A DNA stretch of 64,000 bases from Carcharhinus amblyrhynchos (GCA_965287045.1 OZ336898.1:26598001-26662000), one strand, 5' to 3'. Numbered from the stretch's first letter, positions 34,238 through 47,847 are shown. Translations and numbers: made by a program. The notes: generated by a model from the letters alone, not told the origin.

Positions 34238-35467
34238 TTAGCTCTGAAAGATTTTCTGTACTAAGTTAGCTGAGGCAAGATGGGAGATAGTGCAACTGGA
34301 CTCAGCATTCAAGCTCACGATAAAAAGTAGGCAAGAAAATGAAAGTCAGCAGGACCTCTATTCCTCATGCTTTCCCAATAAGAAAACATCCACTGAAATG
34401 GTTCTCTGCTCCGACATCACAATGGGTTTTATCCTTTTTCTCATTGACCCTTCACTGACTCAATGTTGGTGTAGCACACCGAGTCAAGAAACATAACTCT
34501 TCTACCTCTCTTCCAACCCCCTGGAATCATGTTATTATCCAGATTTGCTGGCAAGCTGCCATGTTTCTGTCAACATTACCCAAGCAGAGATGCAGTCAGA
34601 ACAGTTGAAGGTCATTGCACCTCCTTGTGTGCCTTACTGTGTGGGAGCTAAGGGACCAGCACACTCTCCAGCTCTCGACCAAGCGCAGGGTGGAAGAAAA
34701 AGGAAATCATGCTCATGACCCTTCATATCTCAATGCTCCCTATTGGCGCAGTTTTGTGGACTGCATGAATTCATGGGTATATTTTAGTTACAGTCCAAGA
34801 TCTATAGTAATGCTAAACACAGCAAGCTGCTTGACGCTGTGCAGAAACTAATTGCATTCATGTTTACCTCATGAGAAAACAGAAGCTCTGAAGTATTTAT
34901 TAAGCTCGCTCTTCATTGAGGTTACAGATAGTACACAAATAGAGAAAGTTGTTTGAGAGTAGCTAGTTTGTGTTTTTTCTTCAGATAGTATTAAGGGTGG
35001 TATTGTGTTCATTGTAGGGTTAAACAAAGGATTTTATTGTAAACTTAGATTAGAATTCTATGCACTAGTACAGTTATGAGGTTCATAATGACAATGCAAT
35101 ATTGGTTACTGGTATTCAGCCATTCATGACTGAGACACAATAGGTTTCTGTCTGTAAAACGTCAATTCTCAATTTGATTACCAAGCTCATTTTCATCTCG
35201 GAGAGAAGTTGTTTTTTTATTATATTGCTGCTCAGTGGGCCGCAGCACCATAGATATGAACTCTGTGCATCGGGCATGCAAATTTACAAGGGCGAGCTAT
35301 TGGACTGTTGAAGTCAACAGCGGATCTAAGCCTCTAATTATCAACTTCCAAATTGGAAGTCAAAGTGAAATCAGACTTGGAGAAAAGCAGTGGAACCTGC
35401 AATCTATCCTTTCACAACAGAGATGGCTCCGTAAAGATCAGCACATTTTTCACAACTACAAACAATA

Positions 35468-35600
35468 GAGTGCATTGGTCATGTTAAATTCTCCCTCAGT
35501 GTACCTGAATAGCTACTGGCGTGTGGCGACCAAGAGATTTTCACAGTAACTTCATTGCAGCGTTAATGTAACTGTACTTGTGACTAATAAATTAGCTTTA
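35468..35600 (+). mobile_element. V-SINE tail-B 3' fragment
   Basis: CTCCCTCAGTGTACC..TACTTGTGACTAATAAA. Confidence 0.8.
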
Positions 35601-35624
35601 GAGGAGGAGAAGGATATTGGACCA

Positions 35625-35900
35625 CAAAGTTTATTTGTTAGTGTCACAAGTGGGCTTACTTTAACACTGCAATGAAGTTACTGAGAAAACCCCCTAATCA
35701 CCACACTCTGGCGCCTCTTTGGGTACACTGAGGAAAAATTTAATATAGCCGATTCACATAATCAGCACACCTTTCGAACGTGGAAGGAAACCAGAACACC
35801 CGGAGGAAACCTTTGGCAAGAACATGCAAACTTTGCACAGACAGTGATCCAAGTTGGAATTGAACTGGGGTCCCTGGTGTGGTGCTAACCACTGCGCCGC
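35625..35900 (-). mobile_element. V-SINE tail-B subfamily
   Basis: Reverse complement; tail-to-tail with 35468-35600. Confidence 0.85.
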
Positions 35901-36086
35901 AGAATGAAAGGGAATACATGACGTAAGTCAGACCCATCAGTGATCTCAAAAAATGGATCGTGCTTTCTATGTGGACAAAAATCCAAGATTTTATCTTAAA
36001 TAATGCTTCCAAGAGACAATAAAAGTAATATGAAAAATAATTTGCTGTTTTCATGAAGGGAATATTAGCAAGAATATTTAACAGCA

Positions 36087-36939
36087 GTGGTATGGGCCAG
36101 GAACTGGCAAATGGAATTTAATGTTGGCAAGTGCGAGGTGGTCCACTTTGGTAGGAATAATGGTAGGAAGGATTATTACTTACATGGCGAAAAACTGCAT
36201 CAGGCGACGGTGCAGAGGGACCTCGGGGTCCTTGTGCATGAGTCGCAAAAACCCAGCCTGCAGGTGCAGCAGGTGGTCATGAAGGCTAATGGGATGCTGG
36301 CCTTCATAGCGAGGGGGATTGAATATAAAAGTAGGGAGGTCTTGCTGCAGCTGTATAGGGCATTGGTGAGGCCGCTGCTGGAGTACTGTGTGCAGTTTTG
36401 GGCGCCGCACTTGCGCAAGGATATTTTGGCCTTGGAGGGAGTGCAGAGGAGGTTTACTAGGCTGATGCCGGAGTTGAAGGGGTTGAGCTATGAGGAGAGG
36501 CTGAATAAACTAGGCTTGTACTCGTTAGAGTTTAGAAGAATGAGGGGAGATCTCATTGAGACGTATAAGATGATGAATGGGATGGATAGGATAGAGGTGG
36601 AGAGACTCTTCCCGCTCAGAAAGGATAGTAGGACTAGGGGGCACAGCCTCAAGATAAAGGGGGGGCGGTTTAGAACGGAGTTGAGGAAGAACTTCTTCAC
36701 TCAAAGGGTGGTGAATCTCTGGAATTCTCTGCCCGTTGAAGTGGTGGAGGCTACCTTGCTAAATATTTTTAAGACGCGGGTTGATGGGTTTTTGATAAGC
36801 GAGGGGATTAAGGGTTATGGGGAGAGGGCGGGAATGTGGAACTGAGCCACGACAGATCAGCCATGATCTTATTGAATGGCGGGGCAGGCTCGAAGGGCTG
36901 GATGGCCTACTCCTGCTCCTATTTCTTATGTTCTTATGT
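36087..36939 (+). mobile_element. Young CR1 LINE, 5'-truncated, uninterrupted ORF2 C-terminus (252 aa)
   Basis: WQMEFNVGKCEVVHFG, RDLGVLV, LVRPLLEYCVQFWAP, RRMRGDLIE; (TTCTTATG) tail; CpGs retained. Confidence 0.95.
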
Positions 36940-37084
36940 ATCATAGATCTCTGTTAGAACTTGCATATCAATTTGGTGAAATAAAGAGTGGTTCTGCCAG
37001 GATCACTTACCTCCAGACCTCATTACATCCTTTATCTAAGTTTGGACAAAAAAACTCAGTTCAAGGGTTGAACTAAAAGTAAAA

Positions 37085-37192
37085 GTGACTACCATCAAGG
37101 TGGCATTCAACCGAGTGTGGTTTCAAGGTCCCCTGTTAAAATTGAAATAAATGGCAATCATGGAAAAAATTCTCCACTGGTTGGAATCATCG
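37085..37192 (+). mobile_element. LINE RT fragment
   Basis: IKVAFNRVWFQGPLLKL..ILHWLES resembles RT motif DIKAAFDRVWHQG. Confidence 0.55.
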
Positions 37193-37640
37193 CAACGTAA
37201 TGGACTAAGACCTCATACTGTAAATTATTTACATATGTATATACACAGATACACATACACACACACGCTCATTGCTATCCCTAAATTTTAAAACTGGACT
37301 TTGGCTGACCAAGATCCTTGTGACCCCAGAATAAAATAAACCACTTTACAGTTTTGGAGAAACTCGTACCTTGTTATCACTGAGGAGTCACTAACAGCCA
37401 CCGGGGGAGCGCACAGCCCAACTTCACAAAGGCCATTTCATCTGATGACCCAGATGGTTAACTCTGCAGATCAAGGGTCTGCTCAGAAAAAATGCCCCTC
37501 AAATATTCCTTTCAACTAATAATGACAAGGACATTTAGCTGTCTTTGGACCCAGTCAAAGTCCAGATGCTGGATACAGATCCTTTGTTCAATACCTGGCG
37601 CTGAAGTGGGATCATGTGACCTAGGCCTTTGGCTTGTTGA

Positions 37641-37768
37641 AACCGGAATTCTCCCATCCCACCCACCACTGGAATTTTAGCGGGCATGTTGCAGACAATG
37701 TGAAACCCCATTGACAGTCGGATGGGAATTTCTGGCTTTGAGACCAGCGTGGCCGGAGAATTCCATCC
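37641..37768. mobile_element. MITE
   Basis: TIRs GGAATTCTCC / GGAGAATTCC. Confidence 0.5.
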
Positions 37769-37991
37769 AATGTGTTTATATCTGAGGAGCAGGCCATGCA
37801 GAAGGAATTATGGATGAGTGGCCCCAGCTACCCTGCTTCTGTTGGATGTTCTGTGTCATCGCCTACAAGACCCATGCATCACTGCACGTCTATCTCATCG
37901 TGTGAAGTGAACACCGTTGGGAAATTGAAGTCTACAAAAATCGGTTTTGACCTGCCAATCTCCGTGAAGGAATATCTTATTCAAAGTTAGC

Positions 37992-38305
37992 ATGGCGGCA
38001 CAGTGGTCAGCACTGTTGCCTCACAGTGTCTGGGACCCGGGTTCAATTTCAACCTTGCATGACTGTGTAGAGTTTGCACATTCTCCCTGTGTCTGTGTGG
38101 GTTTGTTTTGGGTGCACCAGTTTCCTCTCACAGCCCAAAGGTGTGCGGATTAAATGGATGAACATGCTAAATTGCCTCTTAGTTCAAGGGGAGGGAGCAT
38201 CCTAGAGAATAAAACATGGGGTTACAGGGTTGGGGCCTGGGTGGGATTGTTGTTAGTGCAGGCTTGAAGAACCAAATGGCCTCCTTCTGCACTGTATAGA
38301 TTCTT
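37992..38305 (+). mobile_element. HE1 SINE
   Basis: Head, V-domain, tail A. Confidence 0.85.
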
Positions 38306-38682
38306 TCGTTCTAATTAATCTCTTAACTGATAGACAATTCAAGTTCATCTTGTTTTCAAAGACAGATTACAAGATAAACTGAAACAGAATATTTTATTTG
38401 GGTGGACAAAATACTTAGCAATATTTTCTAAAGCCAAAGACATGTACGAAACATACAGTTAAATGGAGGGTGCAGCAGACTTTAATTTAATTATTTGCCA
38501 ATAAAATATTTTAAGTGGATGAACAATTCACCAAAGAGCAGACTTATACAAGGAAAGATTTAAAATCAAAATGGTTTGATATAATTTAGTTTTGCTCAGC
38601 ATTTCAGAAAAAGCAAAAACGAAGTCTAATCGAGTTGGATTATTAGACCTGGAGAGCTTTTCAATCAAATAAGTTGAGTTAA

Positions 38683-38937
38683 CTTTTATTTATTAGTCAC
38701 AAGTAACTCTTTCATTAACACTGCAATGAACTTACTGTGAAGTTCATAGTCGTCACATTCTGGGTCAATGCATCTAACCAGGGCATATTCAGACTTGTGC
38801 GTTGAAACCAAAGCACCCGGAGGAAACCCACGCAGACACAGGGAGAATGTGCAAACACCACACAGACAGTAACCCAAGCCGGGAATCAAACCCGGGTCCC
38901 TGGCGCTGTGAGGCAGCAGTGCTAATCACTGCGCCAT
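38683..38937 (-). mobile_element. V-SINE tail-B subfamily
   Basis: Reverse complement of tail B and head. Confidence 0.85.
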
Positions 38938-39659
38938 CATGAAAAATGTCAATCATATTAGAATGTAATATCAGCAAATACCTAGACATATTTCTTAATG
39001 CACAATGTTCTCAAGCGGATGTATTTTTAATATTGGTGAAATAAATGTCTAAATTGTGCATTCAAAAGGATGTTATAGCTATCAGTTGGTTAGATTGCGT
39101 GGGTTTACAGTGCGTGTTTCAGAGTTGTGCTGGATCTCTCGAATACTGCTGCAGAGTAATACCAACACTCAGAGACCATGCAATTCATCTAACACTTCAC
39201 CGAACATGAGCGAATATTCAGCTGTCACCACAAATTCAAGTTACTGTTCAACTTAATCAAGAAAAATTGCAAATTTAATTTCCAGCTAAGTAGACACAAC
39301 ACTTGGGTAAACAAAGGAAAATGGAGGCCACAGCACAGGATATACTTAGGGTTATTAAAAGCAAGCTACTGCATTCTTCCAGATCTGAGATACAAAATAT
39401 AGATCAGAAATACTCAGTAGACAAGCCAGCATTTTTGGAAAGAGAGAAATAAAGATAATGGCCATAATGTTTTTCAGAGTCATGATCCTGCCTTTGGTTC
39501 TAAAGTCGATGGTGAACCTGCACCCACTAGGTCAGATGACTCCATTGCAATTTAACAATCATCGAGCTGTTAATTGGCTCACTATGGACCCCCTCCTCCC
39601 ATCTGAGAGGAAGTCCCACCTCCAAGAGCTGTCAACTCATCAAATGGCTAACAAATCCA

Positions 39660-39975
39660 TGGTGGCTTGGTGGCACAAGTGGTTAGCACAATTACATCAC
39701 AGCACCAGGGACCTGGGTTCAATTCCAGCCTCGGATAACTGTGCGGAGTTTGCACGTTCTCTCCGTGTCTGCTTTGGTTTCCTCCGGGTGCTCCAGTTTC
39801 CTCCCACACTCCAAAGATGTGCAGGTTAGGTGGATTGGCTGTGCTAAATTGCCCTTTAGTGCGCCAACATTTGTAGGTGAAGGGGATTTGTGGGGTAAAT
39901 ACGTGGGCTCTATCGGAGAGTCAATGCAGGCTCGATGGGCAGAACAGTCTCCTCAAGCATTTCTAGAATTCTATA
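39660..39975 (+). mobile_element. HE1 SINE
   Basis: Head, V-domain, tail A. Confidence 0.82.
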
Positions 39976-40429
39976 AGGTCTTAAGTCCCAGCAATGTCAC
40001 AGAGAGAAGTGGCCAAAGGTGGTGGTAAAGGCAGTCTCTCTCGAAGAGAAGCCATGGTGTCAGATGAGTTCAGGGTTACATCACGGCCAGTCTGGCAGGC
40101 TCTGGCAAAAAGGGAAGCAGTAGGAGGAAGAATGGGAAACACCTAGAGACGACAGATTAGGCCTCCATAGGGCACAGGGTACCTAAACAAATGGGTCGGG
40201 TCGGGTCAAATCGGATTGGGTTCCTCCCCTTGCCCCCATCTGCAAAACAGCTGTCAGACCTTATCTGGTGGCCTTAATATTCACATTCAGTTGGCCTAAC
40301 TGAGAGCAGGCCAGTCAAAGTCTACCCCACCGTTGGGAAAGTACCAGTGGAAGTGGGCAGAAAACAGTCCTCTCATTCTGGCACCAATGTTAGCTGCCAG
40401 TTCACTCCCAGGAGACATAAAATTGCAGC

Positions 40430-40720
40430 TAATGTTTCAGGTCAATGAGCTTACATGAGAACTGGAAGTTGCTCAGAGTCAAATGACTTTAATGTAGAGT
40501 CAGGAGAGAGTGAGGGAGGGGATACAAGACTAAAAAGAAAGGTCCGTGACAGGGAAGGAATATTTAAATATTATAGGGATGATGGTACAAGGCAACAGAG
40601 GATGTCAATGAGACAACTGAAACAAGAGTGATGGGTCCAGAGGACGTGTGCATGGTTTCAGTTCATTGGCAGGGAGAGTGGGAAGATTGGAGAATCTGGC
40701 AAAGAGAAGGAAGTGCACTT
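40430..40720 (-). mobile_element. Penelope-like fragment (also 39358-39455)
   Basis: Minus strand AGTTCTCATGT..GACCTGAAACATT is a decayed hammerhead-type motif; purine-rich body. Confidence 0.45.
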
Positions 40721-40744
40721 GTCCTGCCTAGTGTTTATTTTCTA

Positions 40745-41645
40745 TGTATTCATTTTTGGGAGATGAGCATTCCTGGAGTGGCCAACATTTATTACCATCC
40801 CAATTGCTCTTGAGAGGATGGTGGTGAGTTCCTTCTTGAGCTGCAGCAGTCCACGTGGTGTAGGTAGACCCACAGTGCAGTTCAGAAGGAAATTCCAGGA
40901 TGTTAGTCAGGATAGTTTGTGGTTTGGAAGGGAACATGCAAGTGGCGTTGTTCCCAAACATTAACTGTACTTGCCCTTTTAAGATGGCAGAGGTCATAGG
41001 TTTGGAAGATGCTGCTGAAGGAACCTTGGTGTGTTTCTGCAGTGCATTTTTTTTATATTCATTTGAGAGACATGGGCATCGCTGGCTGGCCAGCATTTAT
41101 TGCCTATCCCTAGTTGCCCTTGAGAAGGCGGTAGTGAGCTGCCCTGTTGAATTGCTGCAGTCCATGTGCTGTGGGTTGATCCACAATATGGTTAGGGAGG
41201 GAATTCCAGAATTTTGATCCCGCAAGGAACAATGATATATTTCCAAGTCAGGATGGTGAATGGCTTGGAGGGCAACTTGCAGGTGGTGACATTCCCATGT
41301 ATTGTCCTTCTAGATTGAATTGGTCATGGGTTTGATAGGTGCTATGGATCTTTGGTGAATTGCTGCATCCCGTAGATGGTACACACTGCTGTGTCAGTGG
41401 TGTCAATATATAAGGTGATGCCAATCAAGTGGGCTGCTTCATCTTATATGGTGTTGAGTTCCTTGTGTGTTGTTGGAGCTGCACTCATCCAGACAAGTGG
41501 AGAATACTCAATCACACTTCTGAGACCAGGAGATGGGTTACTCTCTGCAAGATTCCTAGCCTTTGACCTGCTCTTGTAGCCTCAGTATTTATACGGTTAG
41601 CCCAGTTCAGCTTTTGGTCAATGGTCGCCTAATCCCAGGCTGTTG
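40745..41645 (-). mobile_element. Two tandem CR1-like LINE 3' fragments (40745-41045, 41055-41645)
   Basis: Both begin with tail CCAGCATTTATTGCC-ATCCC..TTGAGAAGG; second has minus-strand VIEYSPLVWMSAAPTTHKEL. Confidence 0.75.
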
Positions 41646-42138
41646 ACTGATGGATATTTCCAGCATTTTATATTTTCTTTTACTTAAGGTATTTACCAAG
41701 AGCTAATTCAGGCAGTTTTTGTTTAATTTAGGCCTCTTTCTGTAGTGGTAGGCTGCAGTGATCTCAGTGTACTTCCTGATGTTGCTCCAACAATTAAATT
41801 TTGTACGTTCCGCATAGAGTCTGTGAAAGACCGACTCAAATGCCAAGATGAAGGCTAAGATTGATGGTCTCTGCGAGTGAATATCTTGCAGCAAACATCA
41901 CATCCTGTACATCAAATTGCTCCTTTTATTGTGAATTTATATGGCTAATCCCTGGGAGATGATCCATTTTCAATGCTGGTATTAAACTTCAATTAAAGCA
42001 TCTGAAGTATTGATTTCTGTGGCAAACCATTGGAAAAACCATCTCCTCCTTCAATTGTTTCTGAAGTTCACAGCCACAGTTCACATTGTCAGAAATGAGC
42101 TAAAACAGAGTAAGGCAAAAAAAGTTTCCTGAAAACAT

Positions 42139-43000
42139 CGGCCAGGGTTTAATAGCCCCACCGTGGCATGTTCCCCCCATGGAAGATGCGTCATGCCTTT
42201 TAAACCTCCCTTTAAATCTCATGCCTGACTGGTTGTCCCATTTGGACTTCAATCAAGAGGTGGGAGTGGTTGTGGTAGGTATTTTCAGACCAACCACCTT
42301 TCAAGATCTCACCCAAGTAACATTATACCCTCACCATTCTGCCCTTCACCCCTGCAATCCTCTAGCCTGGGAGGCACAGTGGTTATCACTGTTGCCTCAC
42401 AGCGCCGGTGCCCCCCCCAAGTTCAATTCCGGTCTCGGGTCACTGCCTGTGTGGAGCTTGCACCTTCTGCCTGTGTCTGCGTGAGTTTCCTCCAGTTGCT
42501 CCAGTTTCCTCTCACAGTCCATTGATCTGAGGGTTAGGTTGATTGGCCATGCTAAATCGACCCCAGTGTCAGGGGGCTAGCAGGGTAATTATGGCTGTGT
42601 GGGATTATGGTTAGTGCAGACTCGATGGGCCGAATGACCTGCTTCTGCACGGTAGGGATTCTATGATTCTGCTCCACTCCGACCCCCAAGGTCTGGGCCC
42701 ATCAAGCCAATCGGTCCTGCCGGGCTTTTAGAGCATGAGCTGCTGCCCCCCACCCTCGCCTCCCTTCCCCTCTCCTCTGCAGGACCCCAGACTCACCTCC
42801 ATCCTGGGGCTCCAGCATTTTGACTGGTGGTATATCTTGTAGTTCCAGCACTCACCACTGCTCCAGCTGGGCACTGCTGACACTCCAGAGTTGCCAACCA
42901 TTAAATGGCTGCAGGCCATCGCTGATTGGCAGGGATGCGTTCCCTGCCAACCTCTCTGGTAGCAGGGTGGAAAAACCTGCCATCAGAAAAATTCTGCCCA
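42139..43000. mobile_element. Non-autonomous Harbinger-like element hosting HE1
   Basis: Ends GAAAAATTCTGCCC; GC-rich body interrupted by SINE. Confidence 0.45.
42369..42670 (+). mobile_element. HE1 SINE
   Basis: Head, V-domain, GGGATTCTATGATTCT tail. Confidence 0.85.
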
Positions 43001-43374
43001 TTCAGCACCCTTATTAAGTAGCTTTTTGTCTTTTGTCCAGCACAATATCCAAGCATTGAGTTTTCAACCATTTGACACAACGTCCACACAGGTACATTTC
43101 ATTCATATTGCCTGATTCTCTTCCGGTTTACACTAAATTGGTGATTTAAGCTAACTGGCAAAGAAAAACAAGGTGATATGAAGAAAATTATTTTTACACA
43201 ACAAGCTGTTGTCATCCAATGGAGCCAGATTCAACAGCAACTTTCATCAGGGAATTGAAAAGCGGGGAATACACAGAATTATGGGGAGAAAGCAATGGAT
43301 GAGAACAAATGGATTGCTCGACCAAAGAGTTGGTATTTAGGCACAATGGATTCTCTTGCCTCCTTCTGTGTCGA

Positions 43375-43852
43375 TTCCTGTCAGGCATGTGAATGATTCC
43401 TGGGACGGCAGGAAATCATTCACATGTAAGGAAATTCTAAGTCGATTAGGATTGTATTCATTCAAATTTAGAAGGGTGAGAGGGGATCCCATAGAAACTT
43501 ATAAAATTCTGACAGGGTTAGACAATGTAGATTCAGAAAGCATGTTCCCAATGGTTTAGGGAGCCCAGAACTAGAGGTCACACAGTGAGAATAAGGGGTA
43601 AACCTTTTAGGACTGAGGTGAGGAGAAATTTCTTCACCCAGAGAGTGAGGAATCTGTGGAATTCACCACCACAGGAAGAGGCCAAAACGTTGTGTAATTT
43701 CACACAAAAATTCAAAATAGCTAAAAGACTCAAGTGATATGGGGGAAGGTGGTGTCAGGATACTGACTGTGATGATCGACCATGATCAAACTGAATGGTG
43801 GAGCAAGCTTGAAGGACTGAATGGCCGTCTCCGATTCTTATTTTCTGTATTT
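43375..43852 (+). mobile_element. CR1 3' end
   Basis: LSRLGLYSFKFRRVRGDPIETYKIL; RNFFTQRV. Confidence 0.82.
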
Positions 43853-44862
43853 CCTTGGCTCCATTGACTTAAATCTCAGCATACAATTGAGGCTTGAGAA
43901 TACTCAATTCAGTTCCTGGATGCTAAACACACTGTTTAAGACTGCTTTTCCTCCCTGGTTACATTAGATACGTGAGTATTTATTACAGTTAATAAACACT
44001 CTGCATCCCCCATAAACATGGACTACTGTAAGCCTTGGTAATAAACAAAGAGAGGATGGCTGAGTGCATAAGAAAGGCTGGAACAGATGGTGCAAGGACA
44101 TCAAACTGGGATAAGAAAGCTGGCAGTTCATGCAGCCTTCCAAATTCTGCAAATTACATCCCTGCACACGTCCATCCATCCACAATGAATCCACTTCCCC
44201 TTTTGAGGTTTTACTGAGCTTTTATCTTCTGTTGGCACAGCTGAGCTTTCCTTAGCACCATTATTATTGTTGAATATGAGGTGACTGATCGGCTGAATGG
44301 AAGGGGAGTTCACAATTGGAATTCCTTTTTCCAATTGGAAATTAAAACAAAAAAAAACTGTTCAGGAAAAATTGAGAACGTGTTGTTGAAATTACACCTT
44401 GTAATTTCATTATTTCCACGTGCACACAAATTTTGACCCGAACATTGAAATTTATTTGCCATAACTTAACAGTTTTCACTCGTCAAGCAAAAACAAAGTA
44501 CAGAAGGCAATCTTCAACATTTGCAAAGTCTCAACTTTCATCTCGGTCGTGGAACAACTAATGAACTCCAGTTAATTGGGCTCAATGATGAGGAGGCTTT
44601 CTTTATGGTTCTAATACCCATTGCATTGCCAAAGGAAGAAGTTTGTTTTCATTTACCTTTTTGAGAGGATACATAAAAAGGAAATTAGTTAACCGCTCAG
44701 CACATTTACATTTGAATCTTTGAACCTGAGCTGACTACACTTGGCCGTGCAAGAATTTACAACTTGGAGAAAATCCGGTCACGCTTTTAGCAGATTTACC
44801 CAATGAAATAGTCAGCAATCCAGAATCTGATTGGAAATTTTGAAATTAAAACATTTGCCAAC

Positions 44863-45115
44863 GGGCACAGTAGCACAGTGGTTGGCACAGGTGCTTCACT
44901 ATGCCAGGGATCCCCTGTCCATGTGTTTCCCCTCCGGTTACTCATTAAGTTGATTGTCCATGTTAAATTGCCCCTTAGTGTCCCAGGATGTATGGGTTTG
45001 GGGGACTAGTGATGTCAATATGTGGAGTTATAAGGATGGGCCCTGGGTAGGGTGCTCTGTCGAAAAGTCAGTGCAGACTTAATGGGCTGAATGGCCTCCT
45101 TCTGCAAAGTAGTGA
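44863..45115 (+). mobile_element. HE1 SINE with internal deletion
   Basis: Head and tail A. Confidence 0.75.
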
Positions 45116-45355
45116 TGATGATTTGTGAACATGAGCTGTTTGATGAACGTGATGGAATTTATAATGCTCAATTGAGAAGGGCTCACTTTTCTCAGAAAAA
45201 ACATGGAAATCTTTTATTCCCGCATTCTAAACTATCATGTTCTTGAAAACTCTGGAAATATAGAGAAGCTGAACAAATTCAGATATGCCGATATTACTGG
45301 AGAAGTCAGGAATCAAAGCTTCGATATTTCATTGGGCCTGTTGCATTGTTAACAA

Positions 45356-45469
45356 GATGTGGATATGCCGGCGTTGGACTGGGGTAAACACAGTGAAAAG
45401 TCTGACAACACCAGGAGTTTACTAGCAAATAAATCGATTGGACTTAAACGTGGTGCTGTCAGACTTTTC
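45356..45469. mobile_element. Fold-back Penelope-like mini-insertion (opposite orientation to 28848)
   Basis: GATGTGGATATGCCGGCGTTGGACTGGGGTAAACAC; inverted GAAAAGTCTGACA/TGTCAGACTTTTC; flanking duplication GCATTGTTAA (45343-52/45470-79). Confidence 0.7.
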
Positions 45470-45909
45470 GCATTGTTAATAATGCGGCACTCTTCACAAC
45501 AAGCTTAATCCAATAGATCATAATTGCCAACAAGTCCCTCAGAGGTAGTTTTATTTAAGTGCTTGGCAGGGCTACTAACTTCTACAGTAGCCGACAGCGT
45601 ACATTTAACCAAGGCTTCAGCTGAAGATCTAAAATCTGGTTCGAAAAACCTGTTATAAGTGACAGCGATGCTTTTCTTTGTGTACTTCACAGTTCCTCCT
45701 TCTGTCAAAAGGGTGGGGGACAGAACGGGTCATTAATAAATGGAGAAAGTGAGGTTCAATTTGTGTACAACCAGCTGGTGCCACAAGGTTCATGACATGT
45801 TCTCCCAGCAGCCAAAAATTGAATTTGCAAACGTGTCCATATAACATAAAAGCTTCATTTTGTGTCTTCTCATTCAATGCCCTTTTCCCAAACAGTCTCA
45901 ACTGTTCCA

Positions 45910-46870
45910 ATAAGAATGTAAGAAATCAGAGTAAGAGTGGACCAAATGACCCTCGAGCCTGGCCTGTATTCAATACGATCATCGTTGATCCTCTGCCTCA
46001 ACTCCACTTTCTTGCCCACGCCCCAGATTATTCGACTTCCTGACAGACCAAACATCTGTTTATCACAGCCCGAGACAGATTCAATGATGGAGCATCTACA
46101 TCTCTCTGGGATTCACAACTGCAAAGATTTGCAACCCTCTGAGTGAAGGCACTTCTCCTCATCTCAGTCCTCAGGGTGGCATGGTGGCGCAGTGGTCAGC
46201 ACTGCTGCCTCACAGTACCCAGAACCCGGGTTTGATTCTAGTCTTAGGTGAATACCTTGTGTGGAGTTTGCACATTCTCCTTGTGTCTGCGTGGGTTTCC
46301 TCTGGATGTTCCAGTTTCCTCCCACAGTTCAAAAGTGTGCAGGTTAGGTGAACTGGTCATGCTCACATTGCCACTTAGGTTCGGTGGGTTAGCCATGCTA
46401 AATTGTCCCTTGGCATCCGTGGTAAATGCACAGTGTTACAGGGATCAGGTGGAGACGAGGGCCTGGGTAAGATATTCTTTCGGAGAATCGGTGCAGACTC
46501 AATGGGCCAAATGGTCTCCTTCTGCACTGTAAAGATTCTATGATTCCAAAGGGTCAACCCCATAAACTGAAACCATGCCTACATATTCTAGATTCCCCAG
46601 CCAGGGGAAACAGCATTACAGTATTTAACCTGCTGAGTTCCCCCCACCCATTCAACATGTTTTATATCAGATCACCTCTCATTCTTCTAAACTCTGGAGA
46701 GCATAGTCCCAGTTTCCTCAGACTCTCACCACAGGACAACTCTCTCATTCCAGGAAACAATCCAGTGAACTCTCGCTGTAGCACTTCCAATGCCATATTT
46801 CCATTCTGAGATAGGGAGACAAAAACTGTGCACAGTACTCCATGTATGGTCTCACCAAAGCCCGTACAAT
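45910..46870 (-). mobile_element. CR1 3' region split by HE1
   Basis: LVRPYMEYCAQF, LGLCSPEFRRMRGDLI on minus strand; tail TAAGAATGTAAGAA. Confidence 0.8.
46174..46546 (+). mobile_element. HE1 SINE
   Basis: Full head to GATTCTATGATTC. Confidence 0.88.
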
Positions 46871-47847
46871 TCTTCCATTGCTTATCCAAGATTGTGGATT
46901 TACATTAGATAAAGCCTGAAGTGAAGAAACAAAGTCATTCCTGGTTTCAACCTCCTTCATCCACCCACAGTATCAATCTGCAATTTCTGAATGGACGGTT
47001 GGTGAATAGCATGCAGCTCTGCAACTTGGAAATATAGTTCCGCTGGCACATTTATTGAAATACCCTTCATTCTTTTGCTTGCCATTTAGTTAAAACTTAA
47101 CTGGACTCCGCATGTTGTCCCTAATCTGCCCAGCAAGAACTGAAGTGTCTTTCTTTCCATCTGCTGCATGTGCAGATTTTTTTTCATTTGCCAGAATTTA
47201 ACTTAGCGTGAAACTTGGCTCTGCTCAACCCAAAGCAACTCGAGCTCAGAGACAGCCTGTGTCTGGATTCACCTTGGGACTTGAAGGGGACAAAACATAA
47301 ACACACAATAAAATGTTTTTCTGCTCCTTAATAATGGCGCTCCTCCTCTCAATCATTTTTCTAAACAATAGCACACTGAAGTACTATAATCAGGAATAAT
47401 CCCAAACTGAAAGACAACGATTAAACATACAACATTTAGCTGTGTTAATCCAAAACAGGAAGGGATATGCTTGTAGCAGTTCTGACAACCTCTCTGAGAA
47501 TGTGCAGTGGAGTTTGCTAGCGTTGGATTTGCATGAATTGTCACTTCTGAATGCTGCAGACTAGAACAGAGGCTGAGAAATTCAGCTCTGAAAGGCACTA
47601 AGGAAGCCAGTCATTCTCCAAGTGGGGACGTGCAGTGCTTTCAACTAGTTTAAGGGGTTTTGTATGGTGCCTCATGCATCTCATCCATGCGGATTCCCTC
47701 AAAGCATCTGTCTGTCACAGAACACTCATACAGCTGCAAGAGGGACCCATCGTAACACCCCTGAATGTTACTTAAAGGACCAAGCATTCAACTTGCAGTT
47801 TTCGGCTAACTTGGGCAAATTCTTTTGTAATACTCGACTGTTACATT

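Noticed and set aside
36087-36845. 252-aa ORF as a host gene
   Set aside because: It is the 5'-truncated CR1 ORF2 C-terminus with no ATG start or promoter
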